41,538 bases of DNA from an uncultured Elusimicrobia bacterium (GTDB lineage Bacteria; Elusimicrobiota; Elusimicrobia; Elusimicrobiales; UBA9959): the NCBI GenBank assembly GCA_937870775.1, contig CALMZU010000306.1:1-41538 (forward strand). Reading direction: 5' to 3'. Below are positions 18,570 to 28,310 of the stretch, piece by piece; position 1 is the first letter of the stretch, and each line of letters opens with the position of its first letter. The notes beneath the pieces were generated by a model. The model saw only the letters and a program-made list of their open reading frames with translations. It ran no database searches and was not told the DNA's origin. The translations under genes were made by a program, and so were the position numbers.

Positions 18570-18601
18570 CTTACGGGCCGTGAACTGCTGCGGCCCGTAA
18601 G
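18570..18601. promoter_or_regulatory. Inverted repeat immediately upstream of hicA (terminator/attenuator or operator)
   Basis: 11-bp stem CTTACGGGCCG / CGGCCCGTAAG adjoining the hicA RBS. Confidence 0.5.
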
Positions 18602-18622
18602 TATATTTTAGCAATTCCTGGG

Positions 18623-19132
18623 CTAGTCGGCGCTGCGGGGAATGCGGTCCAGCAGTTTCCAGGAGGCGCCCGCGCGGCCCAGCGTCAGCTGCACCAGCGA
18701 GATGGCCCCGTCGTCCGCGCTCTCGAACACGAGGACGGTGCGGCCGCCCTCGGTGACGACGCCCTTGCACTGGCCGTAGGAGGAAGGCAGGCCGCCAGGC
18801 ACCGCGGCGCGCTCCTCGGTCTCGCCCTCGGAGGCCGTATAGCGGTTCTCGTCTATCTCGGCCTTGTTGTCGATCATCACCATGGACTCCTCGTCCTGGT
18901 CGCCGGCCTTCGCGGCCTGCTTTGCCGGGGCGGCCTGCGCCGCCTGGGCCGGCTGTGCCGCCGGCTGGGCGGCCGGGGTCTTGGCGGCGGCCTTCGCTGC
19001 CGCTTTAGTGGCCGTCTTGGCCGCCGTCTTCGCCGCGGCGGCGTCGGAAGCCGTACCGGCCGCGCCGGCGGTCTGAGCGCACAACGGCGCGGCGCAGAAC
19101 AGCGCTATAACCACGATGATCAGTTTTTGCAT
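18623..19132 (-). CDS. Secreted hypothetical protein with Ala/Lys/Pro-rich linker
   Basis: Signal peptide MQKLIIVVIALFCAAPLCA; GAGGAGG RBS. Confidence 0.75.
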   Translation of the reverse strand: MQKLIIVVIALFCAAPLCAQTAGAAGTASDAAAAKTAAKTATKAAAKAAAKTPAAQPAAQPAQAAQAAPAKQAAKAGDQDEESMVMIDNKAEIDENRYTASEGETEERAAVPGGLPSSYGQCKGVVTEGGRTVLVFESADDGAISLVQLTLGRAGASWKLLDRIPRSAD

Positions 19133-19142
19133 ACCCACCTCC

Positions 19143-19946
19143 TCAAAATCTTTTCACGGCGACGCGGCCGGTCCTTATGCCCAGCAGCCTGCCCGCGAGG
19201 TCGGAGAAGCGCTCGGGGGCGTCGCTGACGACGAACTCGCTGGCGCCGCGGCGGCCGCGGTTCAGCAGCCCGCGCGACTCCAGTTCGGCGCGGGCGGCCA
19301 GCGCGGCGGCCCGGGCGGAGTCCACTATCTTCACCTTCGGCCCCATCACGCGGGCTATCACGCGCTTCAGCATCGGGTAATGGGTGCAGCCCAGTATCAG
19401 GGCGTCTATCTTCCTGCGGCGGAAGGGGGCCAGGTATTCGCGGGCCACCAGGGCGGCCACCGGCTTGGAGCACCAGCCTTCCTCCACTATCGGCACGAAA
19501 AGCGGGCAGGCCTTCTCGGTCACGTCGAGCGCCGGGGCGGCGGCGGCCAGCGCGCGGCTGTAGGCGCGGCTGTTGACGGTGGCCGTGGTGCCGGTCACCA
19601 GCACCCTGCCGCCGTGCGGCAGCGCGGCGGCCGCGGCGTCCACGCCCGGCTTTATCACGCCCATCACCGGCACCGGCGAGATCTTCCTGATCTCGTCGAG
19701 CGCCAGCGAGGAGGCGGTATTGCAGGCCACGATCAGGAGTTTTATGCGCCGCTCCAGCAGGAAGCGCGTTATCTCCGACGAGAACGAGATCACCGCCTGC
19801 GCGGACTTGGTGCCGTAGGGCACGCGCGCGGTGTCGCCGAAGTAGATCAGGTTCTCGCCGGGCAGCAGGTCCCGGAGGGCCTTGAACACGGTCAGGCCGC
19901 CCAGTCCGGAATCGAAGATCCCTACGGGTCTGTCGCTGTCCTTCAT
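19143..19946 (-). CDS. murI: Glutamate racemase
   Basis: FDSGLGG, PYG, ACNTAS and LGCTHYP motifs. Confidence 0.97.
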   Translation of the reverse strand: MKDSDRPVGIFDSGLGGLTVFKALRDLLPGENLIYFGDTARVPYGTKSAQAVISFSSEITRFLLERRIKLLIVACNTASSLALDEIRKISPVPVMGVIKPGVDAAAAALPHGGRVLVTGTTATVNSRAYSRALAAAAPALDVTEKACPLFVPIVEEGWCSKPVAALVAREYLAPFRRRKIDALILGCTHYPMLKRVIARVMGPKVKIVDSARAAALAARAELESRGLLNRGRRGASEFVVSDAPERFSDLAGRLLGIRTGRVAVKRF

Positions 19947-19947
19947 C

Positions 19948-21492
19948 CTATTGCCACTTCTTCATGTCCGCGTACTTCATCACCGCGCGGTAGATGGCGT
20001 TGGCTATCTTGGCGCGCACCTTCTTGTCGTTCATGTTCTTCTGGTCGTGCGAATTGGTCATGAAGCCCATTTCCACCAGTATGCCCGGCGCGTAGGTGCC
20101 GCGCAGCACGTAGAAGGCCGCCTGCTTCACGCCGCGGTTGGCGAAAGGGGTGCGCTTCTCCATCTCGCCGGCCACCAGGCCGGCCAGCTGGCTGCCCTCG
20201 TTGAGGTATTCGTTCCTGGCCATCGAGTGCAGCAGCATGGCCGCCGCGTCGCCCTGGCCGTTGTCCTCGAGACCGACGACGGAGTTCTCGTAGTCGGCGA
20301 CCGCGGCCGCGCCCGGGTCGGAGGCCTTCTCCGACATGAAGAAGACCTCGAAGCCCTTCTCGCGGCGGTCGCGGGTGGCATTGGCGTGTATCGAGATGAA
20401 GATGTCCGCCTTGTAATCGTTGGCGATCTTGGAGCGGTCGGCGAGCGGGATGAACTCGTCGGTGTAGCGGGTCATGATCACGTCGAACATGTCCTCCGCC
20501 TTCAGCAGGTCGTAAAGTTCCTTGGCCGCCAGCAGGTTAAGTTCCTTCTCCTTGTAGCCGAAGAGCTTCTTGCCGCCGGGGTCCTTGCCGCCGTGGCCGG
20601 CGTCTATCACGATCTTCTTGCGCCCGGTACCCCCCACCTCGAGCTTGTCGGGGATGTTGGGGGCGCCGGCCGGCACGGCCGCGGCCTGCGCAGGCTCGGA
20701 CGGGGCTATCACCCTGGCCTCGGACTCCTGCCCGACGCCCTGCGGCACCGCCATCTCCAGGCGGGACACGTCGGCCACGATGCGGTCGGGATCGGCCAGT
20801 TTGAACACGTTGACCTTCCCGAAGTTCTCGTCGGGGCTTATCACGACGCGCGCCATCTTGTTCTCCTGCTTCAGGTCCACGCCGCGCACCACGCCGTCGC
20901 CGATGATGAGGTTCTCCTCCTTCGACAGCACGCCTTCCATCACGCCGATCTTGAACAGGTTGTTCTCCTTCTGCGTGACCTGGTACTCCAGCGGCTCGTC
21001 GAGGTAGAGCACTATGCGGGTCTTGTCCGGATAGGTGTAGTAGTTCACCGCGGTGATGTTCACCTCGCGCTGCGCCGACAGCGAGTTGGAGGCCTTGTCG
21101 TAGGCCAGGCTGAAACCGAACGCGTCGGAGAAATGGCGGGACACGAAGAAGTCCAGCGACAGGAAGGCCTTGCCGCCGCGCACTATCATCGGGTTCGGGA
21201 ACTCCTCCTTCGCCTCGTTGACCGTGACCGAGTCGGACTTCAGGAAGAAGACCACCTTGCCGCCCTTTATCTGCAGCAGCAGCTTGCCGGACACGGGGTA
21301 CCAGTAGATCTTGCCGCCCATCAGTTTGGCGGCCTGCGAGGAGTCCAGATACGTCACGCCGTTGAGCGAGTACGTGCCGATCTTCCCCGAATACACGCCG
21401 TTCCGGGCGTACTTCACCTCGTCCACCCGCGCCTGCGCGGGCGCGCAGAACGCGGAGAACAGCAGCAGCGACACCGATAACCATTTCAGCAT
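19948..21492 (-). CDS. N-acetylmuramoyl-L-alanine amidase (Amidase_3 with AMIN-like domain)
   Basis: Signal peptide; PDRIVADV; IDAGHGGKDPG, EK, SIHAN and LVEMGFMTN motifs. Confidence 0.95.
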   Translation of the reverse strand: MLKWLSVSLLLFSAFCAPAQARVDEVKYARNGVYSGKIGTYSLNGVTYLDSSQAAKLMGGKIYWYPVSGKLLLQIKGGKVVFFLKSDSVTVNEAKEEFPNPMIVRGGKAFLSLDFFVSRHFSDAFGFSLAYDKASNSLSAQREVNITAVNYYTYPDKTRIVLYLDEPLEYQVTQKENNLFKIGVMEGVLSKEENLIIGDGVVRGVDLKQENKMARVVISPDENFGKVNVFKLADPDRIVADVSRLEMAVPQGVGQESEARVIAPSEPAQAAAVPAGAPNIPDKLEVGGTGRKKIVIDAGHGGKDPGGKKLFGYKEKELNLLAAKELYDLLKAEDMFDVIMTRYTDEFIPLADRSKIANDYKADIFISIHANATRDRREKGFEVFFMSEKASDPGAAAVADYENSVVGLEDNGQGDAAAMLLHSMARNEYLNEGSQLAGLVAGEMEKRTPFANRGVKQAAFYVLRGTYAPGILVEMGFMTNSHDQKNMNDKKVRAKIANAIYRAVMKYADMKKWQ

Positions 21493-21532
21493 ATGACTTT
21501 CTCCGGCTTGATGTAGGGCGGCCAGGCCGCGG

Positions 21533-22978
21533 TCACTCCAGTATTATCCTGTAGTCCTCCCAGGTCAGCTGCGGGTCGGAGGTTATCTTCACCGCGCGGT
21601 GCACGTTCTTCTCTATCATCGAGGCCTTCTTCTTGAGCACCTCGCAGAGCATCGGGTGCGCGACGACGCGCAGGTTGCCGCCGGGGCGGCCCATCGTGAT
21701 GTTGTGGATCTCGCGCTGTATCTTTATGCGTATGCTCTCGCTGGAGAGCACGCGGCCCGAGCCGTGGCACTCCGGGCACTCCTCGGTCAGCAGGCTGACG
21801 GTGCTCTCGCGCTTGCGCTCGCGGGTCATCTCGACGAGGCCGAGGCGCGTGATGGGCAGTATGCGGATCTTCGCGCGGTCGTGCGCGACGGCGGTCTCGA
21901 GGGCCTGCACCACCTTGTGGCGGTTGGAGGCCTTCTTCATGTCTATGAAGTCGATGACGATGATGCCGCCTATGTTCCTGAGGCGCAGCTGGCGGGCGAC
22001 CTCGCCCGCGGCCTCTATGTTGGTCGCGGTGACGGTCTCCTCCTGCGATTTATTGCCGGTGAAGCGGCCGGTGTTCACGTCGATGGCGCACAGCGACTCG
22101 GCCTCCTGGATGATGATCGAGCCGCCGTTCGGCAGCGGCACCTTCACGCGGCGCAGCTCGTCTATCTCGCGCTCGATGTTGAACGCCTTGAAGACCGGCG
22201 TCTTGCTGTCGTAGAACTTCACGCGGTCCTTCAGTTCCGGCGAGATCTTGGACGCCAGCTCGACGACGTTGTGGTAGTCGTCCTTGTTGTCGAGCATGTA
22301 GATCGTGGTCTCCTCGGAGAGGATGTCGCGGGCCACCTGCATCGTCATGTCCATGTCCTTGTGCAGCAGCGCCGGCGGGCGGGAGGTGTCGAAGCGGCTC
22401 TGCACGGTTTCCCACATCCGGAGCAGGTACTTCACCTCGCGGTCCAGTTCCTCCTCGGTGGCGCCCTCGGCCTCGGTGCGCACTATGCAGCCCTTCGTGC
22501 CGAGCATCTTGGAGTCGGAGATCTTGCGCATGATCTCGGAGAGGCGCTTGCGCTCCTCGGGGTTCTCTATGTTCTTCGAGACGCCGACGAAATCCTGGAA
22601 CGGCGTCAGCACCAGGTAGCGGCCGGGCAGCGAGACGTCCATCGTCACCTTCATGCCCTTGGTGCCTATCGCGTCCTTCGTGACCTGCACCATGACCTCC
22701 TGGTCCTTCTTGAGCAGCTTGTCGATGCCGTCCTTCTGGTTGCCGAGCACGTCGGAGATGTAGATGTAGGCGTTCTTGTCGAGGCCTATGTCCATGAACG
22801 CGCTCGAGATGCCGGGCAGCACGTTCTCGACGCGGGCCTTGTAGATGTTGCCGACGATGTTGCCCGAGCTCCGGCGCTCCCAGAACAGCTCGCTGAGCTT
22901 GCCGTCCTCGAGTATCGCTATGCGGGTCTCCTCGAACGAGGTGTTCGCGAAAATCTCTTTCTTAACCTTGTTAGCCAT
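21533..22978 (-). CDS. rng: Ribonuclease E/G family (RNase G-sized)
   Basis: VGNIYKARV S1 domain; IDVNTG; LRLRNIGGIIVIDFIDM; CPECHG. Confidence 0.93.
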   Translation of the reverse strand: MANKVKKEIFANTSFEETRIAILEDGKLSELFWERRSSGNIVGNIYKARVENVLPGISSAFMDIGLDKNAYIYISDVLGNQKDGIDKLLKKDQEVMVQVTKDAIGTKGMKVTMDVSLPGRYLVLTPFQDFVGVSKNIENPEERKRLSEIMRKISDSKMLGTKGCIVRTEAEGATEEELDREVKYLLRMWETVQSRFDTSRPPALLHKDMDMTMQVARDILSEETTIYMLDNKDDYHNVVELASKISPELKDRVKFYDSKTPVFKAFNIEREIDELRRVKVPLPNGGSIIIQEAESLCAIDVNTGRFTGNKSQEETVTATNIEAAGEVARQLRLRNIGGIIVIDFIDMKKASNRHKVVQALETAVAHDRAKIRILPITRLGLVEMTRERKRESTVSLLTEECPECHGSGRVLSSESIRIKIQREIHNITMGRPGGNLRVVAHPMLCEVLKKKASMIEKNVHRAVKITSDPQLTWEDYRIILE

Positions 22979-23022
22979 ATTGTCTCCTTGAAACCTTAAC
23001 CCTTTAAAGTTAAACCTTGAAC

Positions 23023-23706
23023 CTAGAAAACCTCGAGCTTGCCGCCCGAGTCCAACCAGTAAAGTTCCTTGCGTACTATGCGCCTGAAGACCGGCGCGCC
23101 TCCGGACATCAGTTCGGCGACGGTCTCCGGCTTCACGTTCTTTCCCGGCTCCTGCTTCAGCGTAAGCCTGAGCAGGGACGAAGACTGATCATACGATGCG
23201 TGCAGCACGGGGGTCCTCGCGTCGAGCGTCCTGCGCTCCCCGGAAGGCTTCACCTTCTCGTAGGGCAGGCTCTTCTTCGCCATGAAGGCGTCCACCGCGG
23301 CCTGCGAGAAGCCGGCGGGGAACTCCCCCTCCATGAAGAACTCCGCGGCGTTCACCGCGGCCTCTATCGACGGGAAGAAAACGGGTATGCGCTCGGCCGA
23401 CAGGACGCGGAACATCCCGTCGTCGAGCGCGCGGAAGCTCTCCAGCGCGCGGGCGCCGGGCACGAATTCGTCCAGGTACAGGTCGGCGTACTCGCAGAGG
23501 CTCTCGTGCCCGACGGAGACCGCCGGGCCGAAGGCCATGCGGGGCGCCTGCGCGCCGCCGGCCTTCGCCGGGCTGAAGCGCAGGCCGGTCGCGGCAGCGC
23601 GGGCGCGCAGCAGCTTCAGCTGCTCGAGATGGCTCAGGTCCTTCGCGGGGGCGAGCCTCGCGAACTTGAGCCTTATGCGCGACCTTGGGCCTTCGTTCAT
23701 CATCAT
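23023..23706 (-). CDS. TIGR03936/DUF2344 radical SAM-linked protein
   Basis: RIRLKFAR...LSHLE...PRMAFGPAVSVGHESLCEYADL; located between rodA and rng. Confidence 0.8.
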   Translation of the reverse strand: MMMNEGPRSRIRLKFARLAPAKDLSHLEQLKLLRARAAATGLRFSPAKAGGAQAPRMAFGPAVSVGHESLCEYADLYLDEFVPGARALESFRALDDGMFRVLSAERIPVFFPSIEAAVNAAEFFMEGEFPAGFSQAAVDAFMAKKSLPYEKVKPSGERRTLDARTPVLHASYDQSSSLLRLTLKQEPGKNVKPETVAELMSGGAPVFRRIVRKELYWLDSGGKLEVF

Positions 23707-25043
23707 GTGAGCGCGTAGCGCCGGGCGTACACCGACTGCGCTATCCCTATGGCGGCCAGCGTGGCCACCAGGTTCGAGCCGCCGTACGACAGCAGCGGCA
23801 GCGGCACGCCCGCCACCGGCGTCAGGCCGAGCAGCATGCCGAAGTTCATTCCGAAATAGACGAGGAACATCCCGAAGATCCCGCAGTTCACGAGGTAGCC
23901 GAACCTGTCGCGCGCCAGCCGCGCGCCCTGCATGATGCGGCCTATCAGCAGCACGTACAGGCCGTTCACCAGCATCATGCCCCAGAAGCCCAGCTCCTCG
24001 CCGACCACGGCGAGTATGAAATCCGTATGCCGCTCCGGCACGAAGCCGAGGCGCGACTGCGTGCCCGAGAACACGCCGCGCCCCAGTATGCCTCCGGAGC
24101 CTATCGCTATGCGGGCCTGCAGCAGGTTGTAGCCCGCGCCGCGCGGGTCGGCCTCCGGGGACAGGAAGACCTCGAGGCGCTTCTGCTGGTACTCCTTCAT
24201 CTGGTTCTTCACCATCACGCCGGAGAAGAAGCCGAGCATCAGCACCACCGCCGCGCCTACGAAATAGATGCCGGTGACGTTGGCGTAGAACTTCACCGAC
24301 ACTCGCCACATGCCCCAGGCGGCGGCGCCCACGGCCAGCACGAAGAGGCCGGCGCTCAGCCACGAATCGGACAGGTGGAAGAAATAACTTATCAGCGCGC
24401 TGTCGAGCAGTTCCGGGTTCAGCGTGATGATGGTCCAGAGTATCGGGAACAGCGCCGAGATGAACGCGTAGCCCACGATGATGCCGAGGTGGAAGACGCT
24501 CGCCCCGGCGGCGAACAGCATGATCAGCACCACGGGGAAGGTGAGCAGTATCGCCGAGAAGTCCGGCTGTTTTATCAGCAGCAGGAAAACCGGCAGGCAC
24601 AGCGCGAAGGCGCCGAGCACGGTCTGGAGCTCGCGTATCTTGCCTATGCGCTTGTCCAGGAAATTGGCCAGCACCAGTATCAGGCCGATGCGCGCGAACT
24701 CCGAGGGCTGCACCGAGAAGAAAGGCAGGCGGAACCAGGACCGCGCGCCCTTGTCGACCACGCCGAACATCAGCACCGCGACGAGGGACAGCAGTATCAC
24801 GCCGTAGACGTATTTCCACTGGTCCTGGTAGATCTGGTAGTTGAGGCTCCACGCGATAAGGAAGGCCGTGAGGCCGAACGGGATGGCTATCAGCTGGGTG
24901 CGTATGATGCGGGCCTGCTGCGGCAGCACGGCCACCGAGGAGAAGACCGCTATGGTGCCTATGGTTATCAGTACCAGCACGGCGAGGAGCAGCGCCCAGT
25001 CCATGCGGTTCTTCTTGAGGCCGGATTGGGAAGCCTGTATCAC
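23703..25043 (-). CDS. rodA: Rod shape-determining protein RodA (SEDS)
   Basis: GARSW, QPSEF, QPDF, AIGSGG, PERHTDF and PLLSYGGS motifs; GTG start overlaps the mrdA stop. Confidence 0.95.
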   Translation of the reverse strand: MIQASQSGLKKNRMDWALLLAVLVLITIGTIAVFSSVAVLPQQARIIRTQLIAIPFGLTAFLIAWSLNYQIYQDQWKYVYGVILLSLVAVLMFGVVDKGARSWFRLPFFSVQPSEFARIGLILVLANFLDKRIGKIRELQTVLGAFALCLPVFLLLIKQPDFSAILLTFPVVLIMLFAAGASVFHLGIIVGYAFISALFPILWTIITLNPELLDSALISYFFHLSDSWLSAGLFVLAVGAAAWGMWRVSVKFYANVTGIYFVGAAVVLMLGFFSGVMVKNQMKEYQQKRLEVFLSPEADPRGAGYNLLQARIAIGSGGILGRGVFSGTQSRLGFVPERHTDFILAVVGEELGFWGMMLVNGLYVLLIGRIMQGARLARDRFGYLVNCGIFGMFLVYFGMNFGMLLGLTPVAGVPLPLLSYGGSNLVATLAAIGIAQSVYARRYALT

Positions 25044-26923
25044 AGGGCCTCCTTCACGGCCGGCATGGCCGGCAGGCGCGGGCCGGCGGGCGCGGCGGGG
25101 ACGGGCGACACGACCGCGGCGGTGGACTTCTGCGCGGCGGCCGCGGCCTTGGCGGCGTCCAGCTCGGGCCTCAGGATGGCCTCTATGACGGCCCTGGCTA
25201 TGGGCACGGCGGCGGAGGCGCCGTGCTCGCCGTGCTCGACGAGCACCGCGACGGCGACCTTGGAAGGTTCGTTGTTGACGGTGGCGTAGGACACGAACCA
25301 GGCGTGGTCCTTGCCCTGCGGGTTCTGCGCGGTGCCGGTCTTGCCGAACATCTCCACGCCCTGTATCTTGGCGGCCTGGCCGGTACCCTCGGACACGACG
25401 CTGCGCAGGCCGTCCCTTATCAGCGTCCAAGTGGTGTCCTTGAGCTCCACCCTGCTGAGCGTCTCGGACTTGCCCTTGTAGAAAAGCTGTCCGTCGCTCT
25501 TCACGATGCGGTCGACGTAATACGGGCGGTAGAAGACCCCGCCGTTGGCGACCGCGGTTATCATCATGGCGGCCTGCATCGGCGTCATCAGCGTCTCGCC
25601 CTGTCCTATGGCGAGGTTCAGGGTGTCGCCTATGAACCAGTAGCTCTTCTTCGCGGCGCGCGGGCCGGGGCCGAAGACGTTGCCGGATTTCTCGTCGGGC
25701 AGGGCTATGCCGGAGGTCTTGCCGAGGCGGAACGCGCGCGCGTACTTCTCTATCGTCAGCGCGCCGGCCCTCTGGCCGGTCACGTAGAAGTAGACGTCGC
25801 AGGACTTGGCGAGGCCGTTTATGAAATCCACCGGGCCGTGGCCCTTCTTGTCCCAGCACTTGAAGATGCGGCTGCCGGCGTCGTAATAGCCGGGGCAGCG
25901 CACGGTGTCCTGAGGCGGCACGCGGCCGGACTCCAGCAGCGCGGCCGCGGTGATGATCTTGAAGATGGAGCCGGGCGGGTAGCTGCCCTGCAGCGCCACG
26001 TTGAACTCGGGCAGCGTCTTGCCGGCGGGCAGGCCCTCCTTCTCCGAGCCGGACAGCACGAACATGTTGGGGTCGTAGTCCGGCATCGAGACGAAGGCCA
26101 GCACCTTGCCGTCGCGCGGGTCCAGCGCCACGACGGCGCCCTTGCCGCTTATGGATTTCTCCAGGCCTTCCTCGGCGGCGGCCTGCGCCTTGGAGTTGAT
26201 GGTCAGGAAGATGTCGGCGCCGGGGGTCCACTTGCGGCTCTCCAGCACGCGGTTAAGCTTGCCGCGCGAGTCCACCTCGAGGTAGATGCCGCCGTCCTTG
26301 CCCTTGAGCTCGCGCTCGTACATCTTCTCCAGGCCGGCCTTGCCCAGCCTCGAGTCCATCGAATAGTCCTTATCCTTGGAACGGGACGCCCAGTCCCGGG
26401 CGTCCATCTTGCCGATGTAGCCTATCAGGTGGCTCAGGTACGCGCCGAACGGGTAGTAGCGCCGCGCCTCGACGATGATGTCGATGCCGGGGTACACCGC
26501 CTTCAGCTCGGACAGCGAGAGCATGATATTGGAAGGCAGGTTCTCGGCGAGGCGCACCGGCTTCTCGCGGCTGGTGGACTTGTATATCGCCTTGCGCAGG
26601 TCCTCGTAGTCGGCGCCGAGCGGGCGCGCTATGGCGCGGGCCATGCGGTCGATCTCGGGGCCGGTGCGCTCCTGGCTGGGGAAATAGATGAGGCTGAAAG
26701 AGGGCTTGCTGGTGGCCAGCGCCACCTCGTCGGAGGAGAAGATGCGGCCGCGCGGCGCGGCCTGCGCTATGACCTGCGTGCGGTTCTTCTCGGCTATCTC
26801 GCGGTAATGCGAGGCGTTGAGCACCTGCAGGTTCACCAGCCGCAGCGTGAAGACCAGGGCGGCGCCGTAGGCGAGCACCCACAGCAGCTCCAGCCTCTCC
26901 TGCGGTATCTGGCGGTCGATCAT
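25040..26923 (-). CDS. mrdA: Penicillin-binding protein 2
   Basis: PRGRI, RYYP, PGSIFK (SxxK), SCD (SxD) and KTGTAQ motifs. Confidence 0.96.
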   Translation of the reverse strand: MIDRQIPQERLELLWVLAYGAALVFTLRLVNLQVLNASHYREIAEKNRTQVIAQAAPRGRIFSSDEVALATSKPSFSLIYFPSQERTGPEIDRMARAIARPLGADYEDLRKAIYKSTSREKPVRLAENLPSNIMLSLSELKAVYPGIDIIVEARRYYPFGAYLSHLIGYIGKMDARDWASRSKDKDYSMDSRLGKAGLEKMYERELKGKDGGIYLEVDSRGKLNRVLESRKWTPGADIFLTINSKAQAAAEEGLEKSISGKGAVVALDPRDGKVLAFVSMPDYDPNMFVLSGSEKEGLPAGKTLPEFNVALQGSYPPGSIFKIITAAALLESGRVPPQDTVRCPGYYDAGSRIFKCWDKKGHGPVDFINGLAKSCDVYFYVTGQRAGALTIEKYARAFRLGKTSGIALPDEKSGNVFGPGPRAAKKSYWFIGDTLNLAIGQGETLMTPMQAAMMITAVANGGVFYRPYYVDRIVKSDGQLFYKGKSETLSRVELKDTTWTLIRDGLRSVVSEGTGQAAKIQGVEMFGKTGTAQNPQGKDHAWFVSYATVNNEPSKVAVAVLVEHGEHGASAAVPIARAVIEAILRPELDAAKAAAAAQKSTAAVVSPVPAAPAGPRLPAMPAVKEAL

Positions 26924-27399
26924 AGTATGCCGGTCCGCCGTTTGAGCCCGTAGAAGACCTGGAAGATGACCGGCACCGCGATAGCGTTGAGGAAGGGCCC
27001 GGCGAGGAAGATCTTAAGGCCGAGCGGGTTGATCCTGGAGAACACCAGGCTCAGCCCCTGGTAGAAGAGCATGCACACCCACGACAGCGCGAGCGCGGCC
27101 ACGACCTGCGAGAACGGGCTGTCCATGTCGAAATGGTGCTTCATCACGTAGACGCCGTAGGCCATCAGGGAATAGGTCAGCGCGTAGCCGCCGAACATGT
27201 TGGCGCCGAGCATGTCGGCGTAGAGGCCGAGCGCGAAGCCCCAGGTTATGGCGCGCACGGGGCCGGCCAGTATCGCCACGGCGAGGGCCGCCGAGAAGAT
27301 CAGGTCGGGCGCCAGCCCGAAGAAGGCCAGGTTCTGCGTCCACCACCAGTAGAACACGCCCGTGGCGATGTAAAGTATGATCTCCAGTATCAGGCTCAT
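26920..27399 (-). CDS. mreD: Rod shape-determining protein MreD
   Basis: Multi-TM protein with PDL and GLYADM motifs, between mreC and mrdA. Confidence 0.88.
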   Translation of the reverse strand: MSLILEIILYIATGVFYWWWTQNLAFFGLAPDLIFSAALAVAILAGPVRAITWGFALGLYADMLGANMFGGYALTYSLMAYGVYVMKHHFDMDSPFSQVVAALALSWVCMLFYQGLSLVFSRINPLGLKIFLAGPFLNAIAVPVIFQVFYGLKRRTGIL

Positions 27400-28259
27400 T
27401 TCTTCTCCGCCATGACCGCGGCGGCCGCCGGCTCGGGCTGCAGGCCGCGCCTGATCACGAAAACTTCCTTGAGGGTGTTGACGTTGACGGCCGGAGCGAC
27501 GTCGGCCGTGACGAAGTTCATGAACGACTCGCGCGGATAGACCTTGGTCACCTTGCCCACCGGCACGCCCGACGGGAACAGCAGGCCGCCCGCGGCCGTG
27601 GTCAGCTCGGCGCCGGCGGCGAGCGAGCTCTCCTCGGGCACGTAGTTCACCTTCAGCAGCCAGGTGCCCTTGCCCTCGACGAGCGCCTCCATCCCGGACG
27701 GCGCGATGGAGCAGACCGCCGAGGCGGCGGCGTTCGTCAGCAGCAGCACCTTGGAAAATCTGGGGTACACCTCGAACACGCGGCCGGCGAGGCCGGCCCT
27801 GTCGTCCTGCATGCCGAGCACGGTGTCGTTGACGGCTATGCCGTCGTCGGAGCCCTTGTCGATGTAGAAGGAGCCGTACCAGTCGGAAGGGGTCTTGCCG
27901 ACGACGCGCGCCCAGGAACCGGACCACGGCATGGAACGCGACAGCTTCAGCTCGCGGGTCAGCCTGTCGTTCTCGGCGGTCAGCGCCGAGGCGTTCTGCA
28001 GGTTCACCTCGAGGTTGCGGAGCTTCTCCTTGAGCGCGCGGTTCTCCTGGTCGGTCTTAAGGATGCCTATGAAATTGGAGGGGACATTGCGGACGAAATG
28101 GCCGTACTTCGCGCCGTAATGCATCGACGGGTAGAAGCTGTAGCTCACCGCGACGCGCGCGGTGTGGGCCATCTTCGAAGCGGGGAACAACAGGATAAGT
28201 ACCGACAGGACGGCAAAAAATACTATCGCGTAGTTGGCTGCGTCTTTCTCTCTGCTCAT
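27396..28259 (-). CDS. mreC: Rod shape-determining protein MreC
   Basis: TM plus coiled coil (ENDRL); IDKGSDDGI; FPSGVPVG. Confidence 0.93.
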   Translation of the reverse strand: MSREKDAANYAIVFFAVLSVLILLFPASKMAHTARVAVSYSFYPSMHYGAKYGHFVRNVPSNFIGILKTDQENRALKEKLRNLEVNLQNASALTAENDRLTRELKLSRSMPWSGSWARVVGKTPSDWYGSFYIDKGSDDGIAVNDTVLGMQDDRAGLAGRVFEVYPRFSKVLLLTNAAASAVCSIAPSGMEALVEGKGTWLLKVNYVPEESSLAAGAELTTAAGGLLFPSGVPVGKVTKVYPRESFMNFVTADVAPAVNVNTLKEVFVIRRGLQPEPAAAAVMAEKK

Positions 28260-28310
28260 CGCAAGTCCCTGAAGGGACCCGCTTGAAAGACTACCCCCCC
28301 TTGCGGGGGG

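Noticed and set aside
18900-19075. Tandem repeats (AAKT / PAAQ units)
   Set aside because: Low-complexity coding linker, not a DNA repeat element.
23023-27927. Apparent long fusion ORFs (23023..24852, 23703..26231, 26920..27927; likewise 32732..33841, 33484..34956, 15625..16761, 5365..6129)
   Set aside because: The N-terminal parts are off-frame read-through of upstream genes; true starts were reassigned from overlaps, RBSs and motifs.
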